IMG/VR virus record: IMGVR_UViG_3300012147_000006
Coordinates: 64,001 to 128,000 of that record
Length of the DNA: 64,000 bases
DNA from: a virus
Strand: one strand, 5' to 3'
Shown here: one piece after another, positions 1-8,488 of the stretch
Position numbering within the stretch: the stretch's first letter is position 1
How the letters are laid out: each line of letters starts with the position of its first letter
Notes under the pieces: generated by a model
The model's database searches: none
What the model was told of the DNA's origin: nothing
Seen by the model: only the letters and a program-made list of their open reading frames with translations
Translations under genes and position numbers: made by a program

Positions 1-416
1 ATTTCTTCTCTTGTCTTACCTTTGTATTTTTCGTCATCACCTTTTGCTAAAGTTTTGGCATATGCTTTTGTCCATCCAATTTCTTTAGCCTTTGCTTCAT
101 TAATGAAAATGAATCCTACTTGTCCTGAATCCCAACCACAACTGAATCCCGTTGTGTTCATTGTAATTCCTGAATGGTCATACAAGTAAAGTGGCAAAAT
201 TACAATTGGCTTTTTTTGCTTTACAATTGCTTTTTTAACATCAGCCCAACTATTGCATCCGTCAAGGTCAACCCCATGCTTTTCGTCACCTAAAGAGTAA
301 CGTCCGTGTTGACAAACCATTATTGTTTCATTGTCCCAAGCTGTACGTGGGTTCATTGGACAATCATCACTTTCAATCTCAATTGAATATCCTTTATAAT
401 CTACTGACTCACTCAT
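1..416 (-). CDS. Hypothetical protein, partial (runs off the window)
   Basis: ATG at 416 downstream of a class I promoter; open frame MSESVDYKGY...LPLYLYDHSG...WDSGQVG. Confidence 0.8.
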   Translation of the reverse strand, partial: MSESVDYKGYSIEIESDDCPMNPRTAWDNETIMVCQHGRYSLGDEKHGVDLDGCNSWADVKKAIVKQKKPIVILPLYLYDHSGITMNTTGFSCGWDSGQVGFIFINEAKAKEIGWTKAYAKTLAKGDDEKYKGKTREE

Positions 417-476
417 AATTTCTTTTATTTATTTGGTTATACCTATATAACGATAGGAATTTAAAAAGTTACAAAA

Positions 477-815
477 TCAATTCAATGTACATTCAAAATG
501 TTGCAATGCGTCTGCAATAGCATATTTTTCTGTATTACCTTTTGCTGACAAATGTACATTGTACTTTCCGCTATAAGGGTTACAGTTAAATTTACCTTTT
601 GCTTTGTCAACCTCTTCAAATCTACTGTAAACAGTATAAAGAAATTTTTGAGAGCCATACAGCGTAATATTCAACTTACCTGCAATTGTATTCAAAACAA
701 ATTGAGTATCACTAAACTCTTGCTTTACAATTGTTGCGCCCATATCTAATAAGCCCTTTTTAATTGCTTCAACAAAGTTGTTTTGTTTTTTTAGAGTAAT
801 ATTATCGTGTGCCAT
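477..815 (-). CDS. Hypothetical protein
   Basis: ORF between two class I elements. Confidence 0.8.
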   Translation of the reverse strand: MAHDNITLKKQNNFVEAIKKGLLDMGATIVKQEFSDTQFVLNTIAGKLNITLYGSQKFLYTVYSRFEEVDKAKGKFNCNPYSGKYNVHLSAKGNTEKYAIADALQHFECTLN

Positions 816-869
816 AATGTTTTTATTTGGTTATACCTATATAACGATATGAATTCAAAAAGTTACAAT

Positions 870-952
870 TCCATTCGTCATGATGATAGCACCAGACTTT
901 CGGGCAGGAGTGGATTACTCTTACGATAGGTAAAAAAGAAAACCTATCGGAC
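870..952 (-). ncRNA. Candidate small RNA
   Basis: Class I promoter at 958 with no ORF; CGATAGG/CCTATCG hairpin; 3' part resembles 12960-13040. Confidence 0.35.
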
Positions 953-988
953 ATTTGTATAACGATAGGTTTTCAAAAAGTTACAAAT

Positions 989-1138
989 CTAAATTTCGTT
1001 TCCGTCCTCATCAACTTCATAGCCCCGTGGGTTCTTAATATCTTCCTCCTCACATCTATCACAGTATGCAAGTTTTGGGTTTTCAGTATCTTTGCCTAAG
1101 TTGTTTCCACACTCAGGGTACGTTAAATCACAAGCCAT
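989..1138 (-). CDS. Small hypothetical protein (49 aa)
   Basis: Read manually: MACDLTYPECG...YCDRC...NEI*; directly follows 1141..1536. Confidence 0.6.
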   Translation of the reverse strand: MACDLTYPECGNNLGKDTENPKLAYCDRCEEEDIKNPRGYEVDEDGNEI

Positions 1139-1140
1139 AA

Positions 1141-1536
1141 TTATACAGTTTTTACGTTACTTAATTTTAGGTGAAAATTCTTATCACTAACTTGAAAGAA
1201 TTGGTCTTGAAGTTCTACTTCTCCTTCGTAAACTCCCACAATGTCAATCATGAAAATTCGAATTGTAGTCTTATCTTCTCTCAAAGGCACTTCATTGTTA
1301 CATGAGTAGTTGAGGTCATTTGGTTTGCAGAATTTTTTAATACCCCAAAAGTTGTTTGAAGTAATACTTGCATCTCTAATGGTAATACCATTTACAACCT
1401 TTCCCGTTAAAGAGTCTAAGTACTTTTTAAGCTCACGGTAAATGTAATTGTGCTTGCCTGCATTGGTCTTGTAGGTTTCGTATTTCTTTGGGCTTATGTA
1501 GAAGTCTATAATTGCTCCTGCTAATAATATTTTCAT
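1141..1536 (-). CDS. Hypothetical protein
   Basis: Start corrected to MKILLAG, downstream of the promoter at 1560. Confidence 0.75.
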   Translation of the reverse strand: MKILLAGAIIDFYISPKKYETYKTNAGKHNYIYRELKKYLDSLTGKVVNGITIRDASITSNNFWGIKKFCKPNDLNYSCNNEVPLREDKTTIRIFMIDIVGVYEGEVELQDQFFQVSDKNFHLKLSNVKTV

Positions 1537-1591
1537 AATGTATTGTTTGGTTATGTATGTATAACGATAGCAATTCAAAAAGTTACAAGAC

Positions 1592-1756
1592 ACAAAAAAG
1601 CCAGCGCTTAAAACCTCTTAAAAGCGCTGGCCTAAATTTGCATGGTCCCTAAAACCTCTTAAAGGCTTGATGCATGCGAGCGCTCGAAAAACGCATGGAC
1701 CATAGGTCCCACATCGTAATATATTTCAAAGTATCATGGTCCCTCTCTTGGTCCCT
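1592..1756 (-). ncRNA. Candidate small RNA with repeated GGGACC motifs
   Basis: Class I promoter at 1762, no ORF, four GGGACC copies, ends in a GCCAGCGCTT/AAGCGCTGGC-T6 terminator. Confidence 0.5.
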
Positions 1757-1817
1757 ACAAATATAACGATGAGAATCTAAAAAGTTACAACAGCTGAAGA
1801 AATTAATTTTTAATGCA

Positions 1818-1849
1818 CAAAAAAGTCCTTACTCAATAGTAAGGACTTT
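1818..1849 (-). terminator. Rho-independent terminator
   Basis: AAAGTCCTTACT/AGTAAGGACTTT inverted repeat plus T tract after 1866..2441. Confidence 0.8.
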
Positions 1850-1865
1850 CAATATAATATAATGT

Positions 1866-2441
1866 TTATAAGTTGTATTTGGTAAACTTACCCACGTTGG
1901 TTGCAATGTCCTTGACTAACTTGGGACTGGCATAACCATATATTTCGTTGTAATTGGTGACGTACTCGGTCAAATTTGGTATGGGTTCATTCAATGTAAA
2001 GTTATTAACACTAAAGGTAAACTCGGTCAAATTTGGTATAGGTTTATTGTCGCTCAAAGTAAACTCTGTCAAATTTGGTATGGGTTCATTCAAGGTAAAC
2101 TTATCTATATTCGTGGAATAGCCGTCATCAATAGGTATGTCAAACTTTAAGTTAGAGGTGTACAAGCCTTCCGTGTTCACGGCAAACTCAAAGTCCTCCC
2201 CCACACTTGCGCTATTCACAGACACGTCTGCTGACTGAAAGTCATAACTGACTTGCTCAGTTTCAACGTTAAAGGTAAATTCAGTTACCACTGGCACGAA
2301 TTCAAATGCTACTGCATCAACGTGTGCGCTTTCAATGACAAACTCTGTGTTGTCGTTATTGCTATCAGAATCTGAAGCAAAGGCATTTGAGGAAAATGCT
2401 ACCATCAAGCCGACTACGGCTATCGCAAATAATTTTTTCAT
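1866..2441 (-). CDS. Exported acidic protein with internal repeats
   Basis: Signal peptide MKKLFAIAVVGLMVAFSSNAFA; PIPNLTE repeated three times. Confidence 0.75.
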   Translation of the reverse strand: MKKLFAIAVVGLMVAFSSNAFASDSDSNNDNTEFVIESAHVDAVAFEFVPVVTEFTFNVETEQVSYDFQSADVSVNSASVGEDFEFAVNTEGLYTSNLKFDIPIDDGYSTNIDKFTLNEPIPNLTEFTLSDNKPIPNLTEFTFSVNNFTLNEPIPNLTEYVTNYNEIYGYASPKLVKDIATNVGKFTKYNL

Positions 2442-2619
2442 TCTTTTGGGTTTTAATTAATTTATTGGTTCATTTATATAACGATGAGTTATCAAAAAGT
2501 TACAAATTTCGTTGTGACCACTCTTTAGGTCAGTTTATTATTTCAGATTTGTACTTTTTGAATGGCTCGTTTGCTATTCTTGTTTGTATAACGATGGTAA
2601 TTTAAAAAGTTACAATTTC

Positions 2620-2925
2620 TTATCTGCTCTTAACTTTTTCAATTGCCTCAGTTCCTGAGTTAATCATTTTAATCACTTCTTTCCACTCTCCTGCATCAGC
2701 AGCCCACTCAATATCGTGAATTGTATGTTTCATTTGCCAATTGCTTAAGGCAAATCCCATCCCTGACATTTTAAAGTCACCACTATCATTTTTTCTGAAT
2801 CTAAGCGTCCCAACGTTATCACACATACAACTTATTGTTGTGAAAATAACCTCTCTCGACTGTTTGCTTACCTCCAACTTTGGAGGACTAATTCTTAATG
2901 CTCTGTATTTGTTGTTGTGTGCCAT
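2620..2925 (-). CDS. Hypothetical protein
   Basis: Start corrected to MAHNNK, downstream of the promoter at 2951. Confidence 0.75.
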   Translation of the reverse strand: MAHNNKYRALRISPPKLEVSKQSREVIFTTISCMCDNVGTLRFRKNDSGDFKMSGMGFALSNWQMKHTIHDIEWAADAGEWKEVIKMINSGTEAIEKVKSR

Positions 2926-2979
2926 GTTTTTTTGTTTTTTGTTACAAGTATATAACGACATGAATTTGAAAAGTTACAA

Positions 2980-3447
2980 TTACATGCAACGCTCCATTGT
3001 TTTGTCGTCTTCAATTTCTTTTTGTTCAAGCAATTCAAGAATCTCATCAATAATGTCTTCCTCAAGCTCTTCGTAGCTCAAATCTCCTTCTGAAATTTCA
3101 GTTTCATTGTGGTAAGTAAAAATACCCACACCATCTGTCGAGAATCTTTCAACTAAAACTGAAATATTATTTCTGTTAGTTCCTGTGCTACTAATACAAG
3201 GAGAGCCATCTGCTTCAAGGTCGCAAGTTGACGTACTGTCATCACAACACTTTCTAAGAATTCTTTTTATCTCAGCAATCTTTTGGTCTTTTGAGGTTCC
3301 TACCTCTTCTACTGACAATGTGAATGAATGGGGTTTAAGTGTCATCTCATTCATTTCATCTCCACCAAGAACGTCACAGAATAAATCCATAAGCAAACTT
3401 GTTTGTGCATCCGTTAGGTCGCCAGTATTTATTGTTAATTTTTTCAT
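2980..3447 (-). CDS. Acidic hypothetical protein, probably leaderless mRNA
   Basis: ATG (MKKLTIN) is 5 nt after GTTATA of the promoter at 3453. Confidence 0.75.
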   Translation of the reverse strand: MKKLTINTGDLTDAQTSLLMDLFCDVLGGDEMNEMTLKPHSFTLSVEEVGTSKDQKIAEIKRILRKCCDDSTSTCDLEADGSPCISSTGTNRNNISVLVERFSTDGVGIFTYHNETEISEGDLSYEELEEDIIDEILELLEQKEIEDDKTMERCM

Positions 3448-3595
3448 ATTAGTATAACGATGAGGTTTCAAAAAGTTACAAATAGAAAAAGCCCAGAAGA
3501 ATTTCCTCTGAGCTCTAACTAATATAAATAACAAAACAACTGAATATGAAAACAATCGTTGTGTTAATATAATAAATTAGATATTAAAAATCAAG

Positions 3596-4126
3596 TTACT
3601 CTTTGAATAAAATTCCACTATAATTTTTTGATTCTTTAATTAAATTTTCATTTTGATAATCTGAATGTTCAAGTCGATGACACAAAGCGCAAAGTAAATC
3701 ACATTTATCAAGCTCCTGCTTAACAAGTTTCCATGTTTTATTTGCAACTGTTAGAGCACTAATTCCAAAACTTTTTTCTTCTGAAACTCTGTGGTGAAAA
3801 TCAAATCCAGATATATCACCAGACCAGTCGCATCTTTTACATTTATTTCCAAGATATTCAACAGATGTTTTTCTTTCAATATACCTTCTAACCTTAGTCA
3901 TACAAGTACCGCATTTTGTTCTTTTTCTTGAATTGTTAGTTATTTCTCTTCTACAGATTGAACATTTTATATTTACAGACTTCCTTAGTTGAACCCCATT
4001 TCTTTCAAGAATTAGGTATACATTTTTTCTTTGTATTTTTACAATCTTAGAAATATTAGTACAAGTTTCTCCTTCTTCGGTATATAATCGAATAATATCT
4101 TTTTCTCTGTCTTTATTTTTCATCAT
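3596..4126 (-). CDS. HNH-type endonuclease (putative homing endonuclease)
   Basis: CxxC pairs, FDFHH and ELDKCDLLCALCHR motif; N-terminal HTH-like segment; next to the tRNA gene. Confidence 0.8.
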   Translation of the reverse strand: MMKNKDREKDIIRLYTEEGETCTNISKIVKIQRKNVYLILERNGVQLRKSVNIKCSICRREITNNSRKRTKCGTCMTKVRRYIERKTSVEYLGNKCKRCDWSGDISGFDFHHRVSEEKSFGISALTVANKTWKLVKQELDKCDLLCALCHRLEHSDYQNENLIKESKNYSGILFKE

Positions 4127-4142
4127 AAATAGTATGAAAAAT

Positions 4143-4190
4143 AAAAAGACTCACTTATAAATTGATTAAAAATCTAAGTGAGTCTTTTTT
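4143..4190. terminator. Terminator hairpin downstream of the tRNA
   Basis: AAAAAGACTCACTTA / TAAGTGAGTCTTTTT inverted repeat. Confidence 0.75.
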
Positions 4191-4192
4191 AG

Positions 4193-4284
4193 TGGAGAGA
4201 GCAAGATTCGAACTTGCGACACACGGGTGTTCAGCGCCGCTGCTCTACCTGATTCTTTTACAGAACTCTCTGAGCTACCTCTCC
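4193..4284 (-). tRNA. tRNA-Phe(GAA)-like, atypical (D-loop insertion, bulged anticodon stem, no encoded CCA)
   Basis: Acceptor GGAGAGG/TCTCTCC-A, D stem GCTC/GAGC, T arm GCAAG-TTCGAAT-CTTGC, anticodon loop CTGAACA. Confidence 0.75.
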
Positions 4285-4481
4285 TTCGTGTAGACAATAT
4301 ATAAAAGTATTTTTAGAATATCAAGTGGTAATCGAAGCGTATTTTTAAAAAAGAATGAGCAATAGCTTCACTTGGTTTTTAAACCATCTTTTGCAGGTTA
4401 TTAGCATTGTTGACCATCCGAAAGGGTTATCTTGCTTTTTACCGCTACTACTCATATTCTTGTACAAACCGTTAGCAAACA

Positions 4482-4694
4482 TTAGAGGTTATCAATCTCT
4501 TTCATTACCTCTGTGTAGTAATCAAACTTTTTATCTGCTATTGTTGTAACTGCATCTAATATAGCTTGTACACAAATTTTTGTGCGTTCTTTTGCTCTTT
4601 CAATCTCCTTTAAGTGTCCTTGTTTATCATAATCAAATACACTCCCTTGGTAAAATTTGTTACCTAATTCGTTTGCTTTTTCTTTTGGTGTCAT
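4482..4694 (-). CDS. Hypothetical protein
   Basis: ORF MTPKEKANEL... with A-rich leader. Confidence 0.75.
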   Translation of the reverse strand: MTPKEKANELGNKFYQGSVFDYDKQGHLKEIERAKERTKICVQAILDAVTTIADKKFDYYTEVMKEIDNL

Positions 4695-4842
4695 AATTTA
4701 TTTTTTGTGTTGAGTCACGCCAGCATCTTACTGGATAGATACGAGGTTAAGGGAATCGTACCAATACCGTTGCAGCATCTTAAATCAGTTCGCCTTTGGT
4801 TCTAAATATATAACGATAGGATTTCAAAAAGTTACAAAAGGC

Positions 4843-5139
4843 TTACGCCTCCCATAACATTACGGTTCCAGGGTCGTTGAACTCTGCATACCATCCACGC
4901 TCTTCAAGGAACTCATAAAACTTGTTGTTCACTCCGAATGTGTAGTAGTTGCTTCCACCGTCTTGTGAGTAGTAGTTGAATAAAGGCAGGTGGTTCATAA
5001 TAGGACCATCAATCCCGTCCTCTCCAGAAGTCCATATGCCTCCCTCTGCTCCGTCAAACTGTTCTGTTGTTCTTAGTAACATTTTTGGAAACATTCCTTC
5101 TAATTCCGCTGTCAACTCTTCTCTTGTCAATACGCTCAT
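4843..5139 (-). CDS. Hypothetical protein
   Basis: ORF between class I elements. Confidence 0.8.
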   Translation of the reverse strand: MSVLTREELTAELEGMFPKMLLRTTEQFDGAEGGIWTSGEDGIDGPIMNHLPLFNYYSQDGGSNYYTFGVNNKFYEFLEERGWYAEFNDPGTVMLWEA

Positions 5140-5188
5140 GTCTATGTGTTTTTTGGTTACAAGTGTATAACGATGAGTATTTAAAAAG

Positions 5189-5692
5189 TTACAAAGCTCT
5201 CAAATAATCAGCAACTTCTTGGTCATCTCCTTGAAGGCCAGAGGCGCTTTTGTTGCACCATAGTTCAGCGGCTTCATCCCAGAAGTAGTCATCTCCCATA
5301 ATCATGTCATCAGAATCCTCTTCGTCATATCCCAGACAGCTGCAAATTTCCTCATGACTTTGCCCCCAGTCTTCTCTAAATCTCTTAATTCTCTCTTTTG
5401 TTGGCTTATTCATCTTCACCCCTTCTCCAAATACGTGACTTCCAATTGAATCAATAAATTCTCCATCTACATCAAATAAATCTATGACCAAGAAGTCTTC
5501 ATCTTCAAATTTAACTTGCGTAAAAGAATTGTCCTCGTGAGTAAGGTACACATAATCTTCCACGCCCTCATCATGGTTTGCTTCTACAATTGTTCTCACA
5601 TCGTATTCTCTACTCTCTCCGAGTTTGGTTACTACAATGGTTGTTGGCGTGGTAATCTCAAGAACCCAGCCCTCATGTTCAAATTTTCTCAT
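5189..5692 (-). CDS. Acidic hypothetical protein
   Basis: ORF between class I elements; stop codon supplied by TTGTAA of the next element. Confidence 0.8.
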   Translation of the reverse strand: MRKFEHEGWVLEITTPTTIVVTKLGESREYDVRTIVEANHDEGVEDYVYLTHEDNSFTQVKFEDEDFLVIDLFDVDGEFIDSIGSHVFGEGVKMNKPTKERIKRFREDWGQSHEEICSCLGYDEEDSDDMIMGDDYFWDEAAELWCNKSASGLQGDDQEVADYLRAL

Positions 5693-5882
5693 ATCTTTTG
5701 TTTTAGTCTGGTGTTATAACGACCCAGATTTAAAAAGTTACAAAACACAAATACCCCAACTTGTAGGCTGGGGCATTCTGGACTGACAAATGGTTTTAAC
5801 CATTCAAACAAAAGTGGTAACCGCCATTATCGGCTACCTACGGAATGGGTACGAGACCCAGCAGAGGAGACAAACCCTCCAT

Positions 5883-6074
5883 TTAATTTTTATCATTCAA
5901 GGCTTTCACTGTAGAGACGTACTTTGTCTGTAGGTCTTCTGCTGCGGCTTCATCCATCTCCTTGAGACGGGTAATCAATTTGCCTATCCCAGCGTCCTTA
6001 ACTGTTAATTCTCCTTTGGAAACCTTGCTAATGTTTCCTATAATTTTTCTTTCTAATTGTCTTGCGAAACTCAT
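5883..6074 (-). CDS. Small hypothetical protein with structured 3' UTR
   Basis: ORF after the promoter at 6099. Confidence 0.75.
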   Translation of the reverse strand: MSFARQLERKIIGNISKVSKGELTVKDAGIGKLITRLKEMDEAAAEDLQTKYVSTVKALNDKN

Positions 6075-6127
6075 CTGTGTGTTTTTTGGTTACAAGTGTA
6101 TAACGACACGAATTTAAAAAGTTACAA

Positions 6128-6298
6128 TTAATCTTCTGTAATTTCTGTAATCAAAATATCATCATCATAAGTTCCCTCTAATTCATCAACGCCGCCATGA
6201 ACATTTGCAACTTGCATTTTTCTTGCAATATCTAATAGTCTTGTTGCAATTTGGTCAACTGTACCACTTCCTGCAATTTTAATTTCAAAGTTTTTCAT
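6128..6298 (-). CDS. Small hypothetical protein (56 aa)
   Basis: Read manually: MKNFEIKIAGSG...ITED*. Confidence 0.65.
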   Translation of the reverse strand: MKNFEIKIAGSGTVDQIATRLLDIARKMQVANVHGGVDELEGTYDDDILITEITED

Positions 6299-6303
6299 AT
6301 ATA

Positions 6304-6699
6304 TTAAATTAAATGGTTTCCATTCAAATATTCTCTTGCACTCTCAAACTCTTCTTTGTACTCATCACTTTCAGAACTCTCAAAGTCAAATCCATTCTCA
6401 CTTGAAATGCTTTCCAATTCATCAACAACGTTACAGTGCATATAAATTGGCTCTTCATCTGAAATGTTCTCATCAACTTTATCACGAATCTCATCACTCA
6501 CTTCATTCTCAATCACGTAGTAAAGAGGTGTTAACTCATAAGAAGGTGTAATCTCACAAAGGTTTGTAGTTACAGAACTATCGTACATATAAACCGTTTC
6601 AATCTTTCCACAAGCATCTTGAAGTTGTTGTTTCCAAAATCTTGTTTCATCAATTGCTATTACTCTAATTTCGCTTTTTACTAATGTTGTAGTTTCCAT
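6304..6699 (-). CDS. Acidic hypothetical protein
   Basis: ORF after the promoter at 6725. Confidence 0.8.
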   Translation of the reverse strand: METTTLVKSEIRVIAIDETRFWKQQLQDACGKIETVYMYDSSVTTNLCEITPSYELTPLYYVIENEVSDEIRDKVDENISDEEPIYMHCNVVDELESISSENGFDFESSESDEYKEEFESAREYLNGNHLI

Positions 6700-6752
6700 A
6701 ATTTCTTTTTTTTGGTTATATCTGTATAACGATTAATTTTTAAAAAGTTACA

Positions 6753-6936
6753 AAAAAAGCCCAGAAGAAAATCCTCTGGGCTCTCATATTGTTCGTTATA
6801 TGCAATGTAAAAGTTTTATTAGTGTGTAACACCACCCTTGCAATTATACAGCATATAACACTGTTCAACACCGTTGCCATAAGTGTTTTAATAGTAGGTA
6901 TCACCATTCTACCATTATATGAACATATCGTTTCCT
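6753..6936 (-). ncRNA. Candidate structured small RNA (~180 nt)
   Basis: Promoter at 6942, 5' AGGAAACG, several hairpins, GCCCAGAGGA/TCTTCTGGGC-T terminator, no convincing ORF. Confidence 0.45.
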
Positions 6937-6970
6937 ATTTGTATAACGAAATCAATTTAAAAAGTTACAA

Positions 6971-7252
6971 TTATCTTCTTCTATGGCTAAAATTTCTTTT
7001 TTTAGCCAAATGTTTACCTTTTTGTTTTGTTTCTCTAAATTTAGAAAATGGAACTTTATCTGGTTCAATAAAAACCTCTGGCATTTCTAAAATATCATTT
7101 CTGGTAATTAGAAATACTTCTGGCTCTGGCTCAAAAACATTCTTAACGTCATCAACTACTATGGTATAGCCTTGCTCCATTGCAAGTTCCATCAAAGCTA
7201 ACTTTGCACCAGCAGAACCACCGCTACCGCATCCCACAACAACTACATTCAT
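6971..7252 (-). CDS. Hypothetical protein
   Basis: ORF with ATGA overlap; N-terminal VVVVGCG motif only, no full Rossmann domain. Confidence 0.65.
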   Translation of the reverse strand: MNVVVVGCGSGGSAGAKLALMELAMEQGYTIVVDDVKNVFEPEPEVFLITRNDILEMPEVFIEPDKVPFSKFRETKQKGKHLAKKRNFSHRRR

Positions 7253-7584
7253 ATTGCTACGTTTGTGTAAAACATGAACATTCTCTCGTCATTCATGTGA
7301 ACCCAGACATGACTTCTGGTTCTTCCACATTCAAACTTTCCTGTTCTTTTTGCAGTATCAGAATTACAGAAAGTTCTGCAATCAATCAGCATCTTATCCA
7401 GAACTTCATCATCAAATGCTTTTGTATGTTCGTCTGGCTCTTCCTCTCTGGCAATTTGCAATTCAGCAATTCCCGTATTGTTCCAGAATCTCATACATTC
7501 AAGTAAGTTTCTTGAAATGTAGTTAGACGCACCTTTGAAGGCGTTCTCTACTTTAATTTCTACTATCTGTGTCTGTGTGTCCAT
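7249..7584 (-). CDS. Hypothetical protein, probably leaderless
   Basis: ATG (MDTQTQ) is 5 nt after GTTATA of the promoter at 7590. Confidence 0.75.
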   Translation of the reverse strand: MDTQTQIVEIKVENAFKGASNYISRNLLECMRFWNNTGIAELQIAREEEPDEHTKAFDDEVLDKMLIDCRTFCNSDTAKRTGKFECGRTRSHVWVHMNDERMFMFYTNVAI

Positions 7585-7686
7585 ATCTGTATAACGATGG
7601 TTTTTTAAAAAGTTACAAAAAGCGAAAGAGGATAACAACCTCAGTCATTACCCTCTCTCTATGTTCATAACCAAACAAACAAATAT

Positions 7687-8136
7687 CTATTTTTGCAACT
7701 TGTTTTTCAAGTCCAATAATCCCATATAGCCAAGTTCGTTTTCGTCACATTTTCTGTCGCTAATGTTATTATTAATCAATTGCAAAACTGCTGTTAATTC
7801 TCTATCAGTAAATTCTAATTGAGTTTTATCATTTACATCTTCTATTGGTGTAAATGCGTCCACTATTTCGCAAAGTTGTTCAAACTCAATTCCACTATGT
7901 GCATAACTGTAACCGCTTTCGCTAATCAATGCGTATGGAGAAACTGCAACAACATAAGTTGAAGCTCCATCAATGTTGTACATCAATTCATCATCTTTGC
8001 CGTTTTCTAATTTTAGAACGTTCTCGCTGACAACATTGCTTTTTACTCCTATCCCTTTTGTATTAACAAGTTCAATTATTTTCTGAATAACCTCTTGCTC
8101 AATTTCCTCTAATTTATCTTTAAATCCTTTTGCTAT
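7687..8136 (-). CDS. Hypothetical protein (start uncertain)
   Basis: Frame is open 50 codons upstream of the listed start, to ATA-GCA-AAA just downstream of the promoter at 8161. Confidence 0.6.
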   Translation of the reverse strand: MAKGFKDKLEEIEQEVIQKIIELVNTKGIGVKSNVVSENVLKLENGKDDELMYNIDGASTYVVAVSPYALISESGYSYAHSGIEFEQLCEIVDAFTPIEDVNDKTQLEFTDRELTAVLQLINNNISDRKCDENELGYMGLLDLKNKLQK

Positions 8137-8189
8137 TGCTTTAGTGTTTTTAGTTATGTTTATAACGATTTGTTTTTAAAAAGTTACAA

Positions 8190-8438
8190 TCAATCTTCTA
8201 AGTTAAACACTTCATTTTCATCCTTACCCAATACATCAACTGCGTAGTCTTGAATGTGGTCAATCAAATGAATAATGCCTTGCACTTCGTTAATTTTTTC
8301 TTCACTAACGGTTTTAATTATCCCATTCTTTACACCTTTAACTGCACCCAATATTTCAATCAATGCTTCCTTTTGCTCTCTTAACTTATTAAAGTCAATG
8401 AAGTCTATAATGTCGTCTGCTGAATCAAATTCTGCCAT
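8190..8438 (-). CDS. Hypothetical protein
   Basis: ORF between class I elements. Confidence 0.8.
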   Translation of the reverse strand: MAEFDSADDIIDFIDFNKLREQKEALIEILGAVKGVKNGIIKTVSEEKINEVQGIIHLIDHIQDYAVDVLGKDENEVFNLED

Positions 8439-8488
8439 GTCTTAAAGTTTTATTGGTTATGTTTGTATAACGATTTGTTTTTAAAAAG

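Noticed and set aside
6971-7252. Rossmann-fold oxidoreductase from VVVVGCGSGG
   Set aside because: The protein is only 93 aa and the remainder shows no dinucleotide-binding domain features.
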